A stretch of DNA of 64,000 bases, taken from Eledone cirrhosa. Its lineage: Eukaryota. Of the stretch, positions 50,438-59,962 are shown piece by piece (the first letter of the stretch is position 1; each line of letters begins with the position of its first letter). The notes beneath the pieces were generated by a model that saw nothing but the letters and a program-made list of their open reading frames with translations, was not told the DNA's origin and searched no databases. The stretch covers positions 34,286,001 to 34,350,000 of the forward strand of contig OZ024744.1 in assembly GCA_964016885.1 (NCBI GenBank), read 5' to 3'. Position numbers and translations under genes: made by a program.

Positions 50438-53400
50438 TTACAGATATATACTCAGAGTCGGCCCATTCACTCGGGCCATTCTTGCTTCTCTCACCCATCT
50501 TTCAACAAAATGCTGGGAAGAGAGCACTTCCTTCTCTACTCTGATTTTCCTTTTCAAATGAAATTTGAAAAAGTCAATCAGAGCATCACCGAAGAGGTAA
50601 GTGCTCGTCTTCAGCCCTTTCAAACGTGTCCACCATACTATCTCTTTCGCCATGGCCACCAGACAGATAAAAACTGCCTGCCCTTCCCGGCTAAAGGAGG
50701 AGGGCGGGGCAATCCTCACGATAGACTCAGATGATAGCTGGATCCGTCCTAAACGCGACAGCAGGTGTTCGACATAAACCCACAAGTCAGCAATTTTCGG
50801 ACACTGGACGAGTGCGTGCAGGACGGTTTCGTCGCCCTGCGCGCATCTCGGACATGCCCGGCTGACGGCACCTCCATGCCTGTAGAGTTTATCCCGAACT
50901 GGCAAGGCTCCTCGGTAGCACTGCCAGGCCAGAGATTTCTGGAAGTTGTCCATAGGCCCCGGCCCGAAAGTTCTTCCGAAGAGATTGGCTAGTTGATTTT
51001 CGTCGACGCCTAGAGTTTCCCCAAGTACGTCGTCGCTCTTCCCCTCCACTAATCCTCTATAGAACGCCGAGGTGGAGTTTCCACCGATCACATTGCCCGA
51101 TTGGTCGAGGGCTGTGAGCGCCTGAAGACATTCCAGTCTCCAGGCGCTCCCTCTCGGTCTTCGCTTGACCCAGGACTGCAGCTCCGTCAAGGAAACGAGC
51201 TGGGGAAAAACGCGTCTAGCAAACGGCGACCACACCTGATCACCGTCGAGGAAGAGGTGGAGATGTCGTAGCCTGAGCGCGTGCCTGCGCATCATCAGCC
51301 ACGGCATGCCCAGCCCTCCACGTAGCGGGTGTTGACAACAGATGGACCGCCTGACCATCGGAGCACGTCCCTTCCACAAAAAGCGAAAGAGCAAACGCTC
51401 CAGCGCAGTCAGGCGAGGCTTAGGACAAGGTACGACGGTTAGGCGGTAGCAGATGACAGACGCGATGTACGCGTTAGCCACCTCCGCTCGACCTTTCAGG
51501 GATAGCTTCCTCTCCGCCCATTTCTGGGTGAGAGAAGCCACCCTGCTCGTCACCTCGTCCCAGTTTTTGTCCGTCTGGAGGTCCGGACCGAACCAGACCC
51601 CTAGCAATTTAACCGGTCCGTCCGTCCAGCGCCCGACGACGCTGTTGGACGGCATGGACCTGCCTCTCCAGGTGCCGAGCTGCAGGCCCACTGACTTTTC
51701 CTGGTTGATCATTGCTCCTGTCACCGCTTCGTATTCTCTTAGTGTAGTGCCGATCGCCTCGATGTGTTTGGCGTTCGACACCACTACGGTGACATCGTCC
51801 GCATATGCTGACACGGATCTTCCGCATCCTAGTTCGCGCGGGACTCCCCTCAACGTCTCCAGTTTGTGCAGTAATGGCTCGAGAGTCAATACGTACAAGA
51901 GGGACGAGAGGGGACATCCTTGGCGGACCGAGCGCATGATGTTGAACGGTTCCGACAGGTGACCGTTCACTCTCACCACAGAGCAGATGTCGCTGTGCAT
52001 GGCAGCGATCCAGCCTCTGAAGACGGGCCCAAAGCCAGCCGCCCTCAGGACTGCCGCTAGGTAACGATGGTCGACCCTATCGAAAGCTTTCGACTGATCT
52101 AAATTGATCAAGGACCCACCCGTGCCAGGTTCCCTAGCTACCCTCTCTACGATGTATCGCATGAGGTGGAGGTTGTCGTGGATGGATCTGTCGGGAATGG
52201 CGCATGTCTGCGCCTCTCCCACCAGACCACCAACGACAAGCGCCAACCTCTTTGCTAGCACCTTGGCCAAAATCTTAAACTCTGTGTTTAGCAGAGTTAT
52301 GGGCCGGAAATTGTCTATGTTATCCCCCTTGTTCGGATCCTTTCTCAGCAGTGCCACCGCTCCTCGGCTCACAGAACTGGGAATTCTCCCGTTCTGTTGC
52401 CAGTTGCAGTAGACGTCCGCCAAGAGGCCTCCGAACAAGTCTGGCATCTGTACGTAAAGTTCATAGGGCAGACCATCCAAACCAGGCGATTTACCCCTTG
52501 TGCAGCCAGTCATTGCCTCCCGTACTTCAGCGGCTGTTATCGGCTTTTCGCAACACCTCGCCTCAGTGGCCGAGAGCCGCGGCAGCCCGTCGAGGTAGAC
52601 ACTAAAGTCCATCCCTCTACCCGGCCCCCCGCTGCCCCCGAACAGCTGAGCGAAGTGTCGCTGAAAAGCTTCACACATTTGCCCGGGATCGAGTAGCATG
52701 CGCCCGTCGTGGTCCACCAAAGACCGGATCGTGGCTTTGTTGCCACGACGCGCCTCCGCCACTCGGGCCCATTGAACGGCTTTCGTCCCCTCGTGTCTGA
52801 GAGCACGCACCCTAGCTCTGACAACGCAGCCTTCGTGCTTTGCATTGAAGAATTGGTCAAGGGCCAATTTCGCCGCAAGCACGTCGGTCGCAATGCCTTT
52901 GCTAAGCGCCTCGTCTAATTTTCTAACTAGTTCTCCCTCTGCTCTATTTTTCTCTATTGCTAAAGCCTTACTAAACCTAATCGATTCTATTCTAATCGCT
53001 CTTTTCAGAGCAAACCACCACTTGTTGTTGACGATGGCCCCCGTCAACGCCCGCTTAACTAGTTCGCTAATCCGGTCTCTGTAGGCCTTGCGCGCTGGTA
53101 AGGACGCGTTTAGCTTCCAGTAGCCGGGTCCTCGTCTATGAAGCCTATCTAAGTCAAGCACACAGGTCACGAATTTGTGGTCCGTGTAGCTGACTATCTT
53201 GAATTGTGGACAGCCTATGCTAGACCTATCTATTTCCCTACAAAATACTCTATCTAGATATGATCTGGATGACCCTATGCGGTTTGTCCAAGTCCACATT
53301 GGCACATTCGGGAAATCCAATCGGTACCTGTCAGACAGTTCAAAACGCCTGAGCAGGTTGGTGAGGCTCTTGCACCCTCCACCCCTATCCGCTAATCCCA

Positions 53401-53857
53401 CACAGTCCCAGCGTGCATCTAAGATCCCGTTCCAGTCGCCCACTAACACTAAAGAGCGGGACGTTCCAAGAAAGGTCTCCAGACGCCGGAAGAAATCAGG
53501 CCGCCCTGCTCCTGTCGGGGCATAGACGGCCACTAGCCTGAAAGCTTGCCCGTCTCCGCTGGTCACGTCCAGCACCACCAGCTTACCCTCTGGGTCCAGG
53601 AAGATGGCCCGTATGGCGAGATCCAAACCTCTCCGAAAAAGTACAGCAACTCCTCCACCGGATCCAGGACGGCTGGGAGATGCGTACACATCGTAGCCGC
53701 CGAAGATCGGTGCGAAGGCCCGTGCTTCGGAGATTCTGGTCTCGCTGATGGCCACTACATCTATGTTTAGTGACCTGAGGTCGTTGAGCAGGTGACCCTG
53801 CTTCCATGACGACCCCAAGCCACGCGCATTTATGCTGCCTATTCTGAGTGAGGTCAT
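50438..53857 (-). CDS. Tx1 ORF2p: APE endonuclease, reverse transcriptase, C-terminal CCHC (1139 aa)
   Basis: SINARGL, ISETR, GDWN, YLDRV, TDH; PGYWKLN; KSPGLDG; FRPITLLN; DQSKAFDRV; QGCPLS; YADD; CPRCAQGDETVLHALVQC. Confidence 0.96.
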   Translation of the reverse strand: MTSLRIGSINARGLGSSWKQGHLLNDLRSLNIDVVAISETRISEARAFAPIFGGYDVYASPSRPGSGGGVAVLFRRGLDLAIRAIFLDPEGKLVVLDVTSGDGQAFRLVAVYAPTGAGRPDFFRRLETFLGTSRSLVLVGDWNGILDARWDCVGLADRGGGCKSLTNLLRRFELSDRYRLDFPNVPMWTWTNRIGSSRSYLDRVFCREIDRSSIGCPQFKIVSYTDHKFVTCVLDLDRLHRRGPGYWKLNASLPARKAYRDRISELVKRALTGAIVNNKWWFALKRAIRIESIRFSKALAIEKNRAEGELVRKLDEALSKGIATDVLAAKLALDQFFNAKHEGCVVRARVRALRHEGTKAVQWARVAEARRGNKATIRSLVDHDGRMLLDPGQMCEAFQRHFAQLFGGSGGPGRGMDFSVYLDGLPRLSATEARCCEKPITAAEVREAMTGCTRGKSPGLDGLPYELYVQMPDLFGGLLADVYCNWQQNGRIPSSVSRGAVALLRKDPNKGDNIDNFRPITLLNTEFKILAKVLAKRLALVVGGLVGEAQTCAIPDRSIHDNLHLMRYIVERVAREPGTGGSLINLDQSKAFDRVDHRYLAAVLRAAGFGPVFRGWIAAMHSDICSVVRVNGHLSEPFNIMRSVRQGCPLSSLLYVLTLEPLLHKLETLRGVPRELGCGRSVSAYADDVTVVVSNAKHIEAIGTTLREYEAVTGAMINQEKSVGLQLGTWRGRSMPSNSVVGRWTDGPVKLLGVWFGPDLQTDKNWDEVTSRVASLTQKWAERKLSLKGRAEVANAYIASVICYRLTVVPCPKPRLTALERLLFRFLWKGRAPMVRRSICCQHPLRGGLGMPWLMMRRHALRLRHLHLFLDGDQVWSPFARRVFPQLVSLTELQSWVKRRPRGSAWRLECLQALTALDQSGNVIGGNSTSAFYRGLVEGKSDDVLGETLGVDENQLANLFGRTFGPGPMDNFQKSLAWQCYRGALPVRDKLYRHGGAVSRACPRCAQGDETVLHALVQCPKIADLWVYVEHLLSRLGRIQLSSESIVRIAPPSSFSREGQAVFICLVAMAKEIVWWTRLKGLKTSTYLFGDALIDFFKFHLKRKIRVEKEVLSSQHFVERWVREARMARVNGPTLSIYL

Positions 53858-53892
53858 GTTTAAAATAGAGTGGAAAAGATGGGAAAGACCAC

Positions 53893-55986
53893 TTACCGTA
53901 TTTTTGGTAGAGGAGGGATGGTTTTTACATCCCTTTTCACTTGATCGTCTGGTGAAGGGACCGTTGAATCGTCCCTTCGGCTGGTCGTCGGCTCTTCTAA
54001 GAGAATGTCTGAATATACTCTTCGATTAATGGTTCCTCCTAGGTCCCTGAAATCACCAACTGCGTTGGGGAATTTCGTTTTAATGTTTGTGTATTGTTTC
54101 TGTGCTATTTTTAGCAGTCTTATGTTAGTTGGCGTTTTGATTGGTGCTGGTATTATGTAGTCCTGTTGTGAAATGTCTGTGTGTTCAATTATGTAAGTCA
54201 TTAGTTTCTTGTTGTGTGTGTTTATTGCCGTGCATTTGTTTTTCTGGGGGTGGGGTGTGGTTCTGCTATTTTCTTGTCGTTGTTGCTGGGTGTGTGTGTT
54301 TTGTTGTTGTGTTTGCGATGTTGGTGCTTGTGGTGGTGGTGTTGAAGGTGTTGTTGGCGGTGGGGTTGTCGCCGGTGGTGATGGTGGTGCTGGTGTGGGT
54401 GGTGATGGTGTTGGTGGTGTTGCTGCTGTGGGTCTCTTTGCAGTAGACTTTACCCTTTTCTCATTTCTTTCCTCCCTTTTCAAAGGCGACGATGCGCTGC
54501 TTCTGCGTTTGTGCCTTCTTGAGACCTTTTGCCATCCCTCTCCCACCTCACACTCCATGTCTGATTCTGTAAGGTCGGGGAGGGGTACCAGCTCCACTCT
54601 TTCACTTGTTGTTGTTGGTGATGTTTGCACTGGAGTCTCTGTTGCAGCTGCATTTGGTATTGCTGTTGTTGTTGTTAATATTTCCACTGCTGCTGCTGTC
54701 TTTGATTTCCGTGGAGTGGGTATGGGTGCCACGGACCTATCGTTCCTGGTTGCCGCTTGTCCTGTTGCTGGTAGCCGTGGAACCGGATTCGGGAGGAGGG
54801 GGGTTTTCTCCTTTCTCAGGGTCTTCTCGTTGCAGAAGGCCCTGAGGTGAGTCTTCGATCCACAGCGAAAGCATTTCGGGCGTTTGCCCTCAACACTTAT
54901 GGGCAGTTGAGTGCCGTTATCGAAGTCTATCACATCCGGGATAGCTTCGATGCACTCCTGGTTGGTTTGGATTAGCATCTCAATGGAGGAGCCGACCCAA
55001 TCTTCTCTTACTTTTTTCTGTACTTGCAGTACAGTTGTTTTGTCCTCGATTCCGACGAGGACAGACGCGGCCAGCCAAGAAGGGGTCATTCCGGGGGGGA
55101 CGTGGGTCAGTTTGACCCTCACAATTTTTTGCCCGCAGTAGGAGGGCACCAACACCATTTCCTCGCTCCTTAGGGTCACTACTGATTGGGCCTTTGCCTC
55201 CTGGGGTGTGGCAAAAAGTACGTCTACGGTGGCGTATTTTTTGCCTCGGGTGATGTGCGTTTTCCTCTGCCACACAGACCCCAAGGCTTTTTGTATTTGG
55301 GCCTCTGTGGCTCTTTCCACCCTACGGGATTTTGTACTTACTGTACGGTACGTGACCGTACAGTGCTCTTGGGTTTCGAAAAAATTTTTCGCTGCCTTGC
55401 AGATTGCTCGGTGTCCGTTCTTTGTCACCATCTTCTTCGCTTCCTCTAATTCCTCATTTGTTATGAGGATTGTTTCCAGGTTTTTCGCAATACCTGCAAA
55501 TGAGATTGGTTTTTCTCTGCTGTTGTTGTTGTCGTCAGAGCTGCTGGTACTTTTGTTGCTGCAGGTACTACGACTACTGCCTCCGCCGCTGTTGCTGTGG
55601 TTGTTGTTGGTGTTGCTGCTGCTAATGCTGTTGTTGTTTATGCTGCTGGTGATGCTGTTGCGGCTGCTACTGTTGTTTTCATTGTCACTGTTGCTGTTGT
55701 TATTACGGCTGCTACTGCTATTATTCCTGACGTCAGACGAATGAACTGGGTTTTCGTATTTCCCGCACACCTGTTTCGTCGCTGTCGTCGTCGTCGTGGA
55801 GAAACCTTGCACGCTTTGCACGAGACTTTTCTTTTCTTTCGTCGCTTGCGAAAGAGAAGGGAGGGAGAGAGACACATTTAAAGAAGGGAGGGAGAGAGAC
55901 AATCTTCTCTCTGCTGTAGTGATGATTGAGGAAGAAGAAGACGGAATGAGTGGGAGTGACGTATGAAATTTCTTTTTGGTAGCCAT
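53893..55986 (-). CDS. Tx1 ORF1p, gag-like (697 aa from first ATG)
   Basis: Start MATKKK (AACATGG). CFRCGSKTHLRAFC zinc knuckle. S/N-rich N-terminal and P/T-rich C-terminal regions. Confidence 0.92.
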   Translation of the reverse strand: MATKKKFHTSLPLIPSSSSSIITTAERRLSLSLPSLNVSLSLPSLSQATKEKKSLVQSVQGFSTTTTTATKQVCGKYENPVHSSDVRNNSSSSRNNNSNSDNENNSSSRNSITSSINNNSISSSNTNNNHSNSGGGSSRSTCSNKSTSSSDDNNNSREKPISFAGIAKNLETILITNEELEEAKKMVTKNGHRAICKAAKNFFETQEHCTVTYRTVSTKSRRVERATEAQIQKALGSVWQRKTHITRGKKYATVDVLFATPQEAKAQSVVTLRSEEMVLVPSYCGQKIVRVKLTHVPPGMTPSWLAASVLVGIEDKTTVLQVQKKVREDWVGSSIEMLIQTNQECIEAIPDVIDFDNGTQLPISVEGKRPKCFRCGSKTHLRAFCNEKTLRKEKTPLLPNPVPRLPATGQAATRNDRSVAPIPTPRKSKTAAAVEILTTTTAIPNAAATETPVQTSPTTTSERVELVPLPDLTESDMECEVGEGWQKVSRRHKRRSSASSPLKREERNEKRVKSTAKRPTAATPPTPSPPTPAPPSPPATTPPPTTPSTPPPQAPTSQTQQQNTHTQQQRQENSRTTPHPQKNKCTAINTHNKKLMTYIIEHTDISQQDYIIPAPIKTPTNIRLLKIAQKQYTNIKTKFPNAVGDFRDLGGTINRRVYSDILLEEPTTSRRDDSTVPSPDDQVKRDVKTIPPLPKIR

Positions 55987-56200
55987 GTTTTTTTTGTTTA
56001 AAATGAAATTTTGGGTACAAAACCCCAATAACTGGTTATTTAACCCCGAAGGGCCAAATAACGGACAGAAAGACCCCTCTCACGAGGAGGAGGGTGTCTT
56101 TATCAACAATTTGGTTCAAGTTTTAAACAATTTACAATTGTTTTAACGGTTAAAAATTACTATACCTTACAGAGCCGAGCCTCCGTCAACCATGGCATTC

Positions 56201-56245
<45 letters not shown>
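56201..56245. repeat. (AAT)15 linker between copies E and F
   Basis: Perfect trinucleotide repeat. Confidence 0.95.
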
Positions 56246-56247
<2 letters not shown>

Positions 56248-56507
56248 TTTCTTTATTAACCACAAGGGTTTACATAAAGTAGACATTAAGGACAGTGCAG
56301 GACAATGCAGGACGGTACAAATGGGCATTTCTGCGTGTAAAAAAACAAAAACAGAGGATGTAACAAAAATAACAATGAAAATAACAATGAAAAATTCCCC
56401 AATAGGGGGGAGACTTCGGAGGGACATTTGTGGAGAAAGCCCAGTAAAAAGCCACAATGACCCTGACCACCAAGGCAAGTGCCCTCTCCCAGTTTTCCAC
56501 CTTTAGT

Positions 56508-59500
56508 TTACAGATATATACTCAGAGTCGGCCCATTCACTCGGGCCATTCTTGCTTCTCTCACCCATCTTTCAACAAAATGCTGGGAAGAGAGCACTTC
56601 CTTTTCTACTCTGATTTTCCTTTTCAAATGAAATTTGAAAAAGTCAATCAGAGCATCACCGAAGAGGTAAGTGCTCGTCTTCAGCCCTTTCAAACGTGTC
56701 CACCATACTATCTCTTTCGCCATGGCCACCAGACAGATAAAAACTGCCTGCCCTTCCCGGCTAAAGGAGGAGGGCGGGGCAATCCTCACGATAGACTCAG
56801 ATGATAGCTGGATCCGTCCTAAACGCGACAGCAGGTGTTCGACATAAACCCACAAGTCAGCAATTTTCGGACACTGGACGAGTGCGTGCAGGACGGTTTC
56901 GTCGCCCTGCGCGCATCTCGGACATGCCCGGCTGACGGCACCTCCATGCCTGTAGAGTTTATCCCGAACTGGCAAGGCTCCTCGGTAGCACTGCCAGGCC
57001 AGAGATTTCTGGAAGTTGTCCATAGGCCCTGGCCCGAAAGTTCTTCCGAAGAGATTGGCTAGTTGATTTTCGTCGACGCCTAGAGTTTCCCCAAGTACGT
57101 CGTCGCTCTTCCCCTCCACTAATCCTCTATAGAACGCCGAGGTGGAGTTTCCACCGATCACATTGCCCGATTGGTCGAGGGCTGTGAGCGCCTGAAGACA
57201 TTCCAGTCTCCAGGCGCTCCCTCTCGGTCTTCGCTTGACCCAGGACTGCAGCTCCGTCAAGGAAACGAGCTGGGGAAAAACGCGTCTAGCAAACGGCGAC
57301 CACACCTGATCACCGTCGAGGAAGAGGTGGAGATGTCGTAGCCTGAGCGCGTGCCTGCGCATCATCAGCCACGGCATGCCCAGCCCTCCACGTAGCGGGT
57401 GTTGACAACAGATGGACCGCCTGACCATCGGAGCACGTCCCTTCCACAAAAAGCGAAAGAGCAAACGCTCCAGCGCAGTCAGGCGAGGCTTAGGACAAGG
57501 TACGACGGTTAGGCGGTAGCAGATGACAGACGCGATGTACGCGTTAGCCACCTCCGCTCGACCTTTCAGGGATAGCTTCCTCTCCGCCCATTTCTGGGTG
57601 AGAGAAGCCACCCTGCTCGTCACCTCGTCCCAGTTTTTGTCCGTCTGGAGGTCCGGACCGAACCAGACCCCTAGCAATTTAACCGGTCCGTCCGTCCAGC
57701 GCCCGACGACGCTGTTGGACGGCATGGACCTGCCTCTCCAGGTGCCGAGCTGCAGGCCCACTGACTTTTCCTGGTTGATCATTGCTCCTGTCACCGCTTC
57801 GTATTCTCTTAGTGTAGTGCCGATCGCCTCGATGTGTTTGGCGTTCGACACCACTACGGTGACATCGTCCGCATATGCTGACACGGATCTTCCGCATCCT
57901 AGTTCGCGCGGGACTCCCCTCAACGTCTCCAGTTTGTGCAGTAATGGCTCGAGAGTCAATACGTACAAGAGGGACGAGAGGGGACATCCTTGGCGGACCG
58001 AGCGCATGATGTTGAACGGTTCCGACAGGTGACCGTTCACTCTCACCACAGAGCAGATGTCGCTGTGCATGGCAGCGATCCAGCCTCTGAAGACGGGCCC
58101 AAAGCCAGCCGCCCTCAGGACTGCCGCTAGGTAACGATGGTCGACCCTATCGAAAGCTTTCGACTGATCTAAATTGATCAAGGACCCACCCGTGCCAGGT
58201 TCCCTAGCTACCCTCTCTACGATGTATCGCATGAGGTGGAGGTTGTCGTGGATGGATCTGTCGGGAATGGCGCATGTCTGCGCCTCTCCCACCAGACCAC
58301 CAACGACAAGCGCCAACCTCTTTGCTAGCACCTTGGCCAAAATCTTAAACTCTGTGTTTAGCAGAGTTATGGGCCGGAAATTGTCTATGTTATCCCCCTT
58401 GTTCGGATCCTTTCTCAGCAGTGCCACCGCTCCTCGGCTCACAGAACTGGGAATTCTCCCGTTCTGTTGCCAGTTGCAGTAGACGTCCGCCAAGAGGCCT
58501 CCGAACAAGTCTGGCATCTGTACGTAAAGTTCATAGGGCAGACCATCCAAACCAGGCGATTTACCCCTTGTGCAGCCAGTCATTGCCTCCCGTACTTCAG
58601 CGGCTGTTATCGGCTTTTCGCAACACCTCGCCTCAGTGGCCGAGAGCTGCGGCAGCCCGTCGAGGTAGACACTAAAGTCCATCCCTCTACCCGGCCCCCC
58701 GCTGCCCCCGAACAGCTGAGCGAAGTGTCGCTGAAAAGCTTCACACATTTGCCCGGGATCGAGTAGCATGCGCCCGTCGTGGTCCACCAAAGACCGGATC
58801 GTGGCTTTGTTGCCACGACGCGCCTCCGCCACTCGGGCCCATTGAACGGCTTTCGTCCCCTCGTGTCTGAGAGCACGCACCCTAGCTCTGACAACGCAGC
58901 CTTCGTGCTTTGCATTGAAGAATTGGTCAAGGGCCAATTTCGCCGCAAGCACGTCGGTCGCAATGCCTTTGCTAAGCGCCTCGTCTAATTTTCTAACTAG
59001 TTCTCCCTCTGCTCTATTTTTCTCTATTGCTAAAGCCTTACTAAACCTAATCGATTCTATTCTAATCGCTCTTTTCAGAGCAAACCACCACTTGTTGTTG
59101 ACGATGGCCCCCGTCAACGCCCGCTTAACTAGTTCGCTAATCCGGTCTCTGTAGGCCTTGCGCGCTGGTAAGGACGCGTTTAGCTTCCAGTAGCCGGGTC
59201 CTCGTCTATGAAGCCTATCTAAGTCAAGCACACAGGTCACGAATTTGTGGTCCGTGTAGCTGACTATCTTGAATTGTGGACAGCCTATGCTAGACCTATC
59301 TATTTCCCTACAAAATACTCTATCTAGATATGATCTGGATGACCCTATGCGGTTTGTCCAAGTCCACATTGGCACATTCGGGAAATCCAATCGGTACCTG
59401 TCAGACAGTTCAAAACGCCTGAGCAGGTTGGTGAGGCTCTTGCACCCTCCACCCCTATCCGCTAATCCCACACAGTCCCAGCGTGCATCTAAGATCCCGT

Positions 59501-59927
59501 TCCAGTCGCCCACTAACACTAAAGAGCGGGACGTTCCAAGAAAGGTCTCCAGACGCCGGAAGAAATCAGGCCGCCCTGCTCCTGTCGGGGCATAGACGGC
59601 CACTAGCCTGAAAGCTTGCCCGTCTCCGCTGGTCACGTCCAGCACCACCAGCTTACCCTCTGGGTCCAGGAAGATGGCCCGTATGGCGAGATCCAAACCT
59701 CTCCGAAAAAGTACAGCAACTCCTCCACCGGATCCAGGACGGCTGGGAGATGCGTACACATCGTAGCCGCCGAAGATCGGTGCGAAGGCCCGTGCTTCGG
59801 AGATTCTGGTCTCGCTGATGGCCACTACATCTATGTTTAGTGACCTGAGGTCGTTGAGCAGGTGACCCTGCTTCCATGACGACCCCAAGCCACGCGCATT
59901 TATGCTGCCTATTCTGAGTGAGGTCAT
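56508..59927 (-). CDS. Tx1 ORF2p (1139 aa)
   Basis: Same as the copy E protein except GLPQLS vs GLPRLS. Confidence 0.96.
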   Translation of the reverse strand: MTSLRIGSINARGLGSSWKQGHLLNDLRSLNIDVVAISETRISEARAFAPIFGGYDVYASPSRPGSGGGVAVLFRRGLDLAIRAIFLDPEGKLVVLDVTSGDGQAFRLVAVYAPTGAGRPDFFRRLETFLGTSRSLVLVGDWNGILDARWDCVGLADRGGGCKSLTNLLRRFELSDRYRLDFPNVPMWTWTNRIGSSRSYLDRVFCREIDRSSIGCPQFKIVSYTDHKFVTCVLDLDRLHRRGPGYWKLNASLPARKAYRDRISELVKRALTGAIVNNKWWFALKRAIRIESIRFSKALAIEKNRAEGELVRKLDEALSKGIATDVLAAKLALDQFFNAKHEGCVVRARVRALRHEGTKAVQWARVAEARRGNKATIRSLVDHDGRMLLDPGQMCEAFQRHFAQLFGGSGGPGRGMDFSVYLDGLPQLSATEARCCEKPITAAEVREAMTGCTRGKSPGLDGLPYELYVQMPDLFGGLLADVYCNWQQNGRIPSSVSRGAVALLRKDPNKGDNIDNFRPITLLNTEFKILAKVLAKRLALVVGGLVGEAQTCAIPDRSIHDNLHLMRYIVERVAREPGTGGSLINLDQSKAFDRVDHRYLAAVLRAAGFGPVFRGWIAAMHSDICSVVRVNGHLSEPFNIMRSVRQGCPLSSLLYVLTLEPLLHKLETLRGVPRELGCGRSVSAYADDVTVVVSNAKHIEAIGTTLREYEAVTGAMINQEKSVGLQLGTWRGRSMPSNSVVGRWTDGPVKLLGVWFGPDLQTDKNWDEVTSRVASLTQKWAERKLSLKGRAEVANAYIASVICYRLTVVPCPKPRLTALERLLFRFLWKGRAPMVRRSICCQHPLRGGLGMPWLMMRRHALRLRHLHLFLDGDQVWSPFARRVFPQLVSLTELQSWVKRRPRGSAWRLECLQALTALDQSGNVIGGNSTSAFYRGLVEGKSDDVLGETLGVDENQLANLFGRTFGPGPMDNFQKSLAWQCYRGALPVRDKLYRHGGAVSRACPRCAQGDETVLHALVQCPKIADLWVYVEHLLSRLGRIQLSSESIVRIAPPSSFSREGQAVFICLVAMAKEIVWWTRLKGLKTSTYLFGDALIDFFKFHLKRKIRVEKEVLSSQHFVERWVREARMARVNGPTLSIYL

Positions 59928-59962
59928 GTTTAAAATAGAGTGGAAAAGATGGGAAAGACCAC

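Larger units (their letters stand above)
50175..56200 (-). mobile_element. Tx1 copy E: full-length intact element (~6.03 kb)
   Basis: 5'UTR, ORF1, 35-nt spacer, ORF2, then 3'UTR with AATAAA and (ATT)n. (AAT)n on both flanks. Confidence 0.97.

Noticed and set aside
55987-56028. 14-aa N-terminal extension of ORF1 in the ORF track
   Set aside because: It starts at a non-ATG codon. The first ATG in good context is at 55986.
56060-56200. HDV-like ribozyme in the Tx1 5'UTR (CCUCCUCGU resembles an L3 loop)
   Set aside because: I could not build P1/P2 pairing from the 5' end. A simple hairpin explains the segment.
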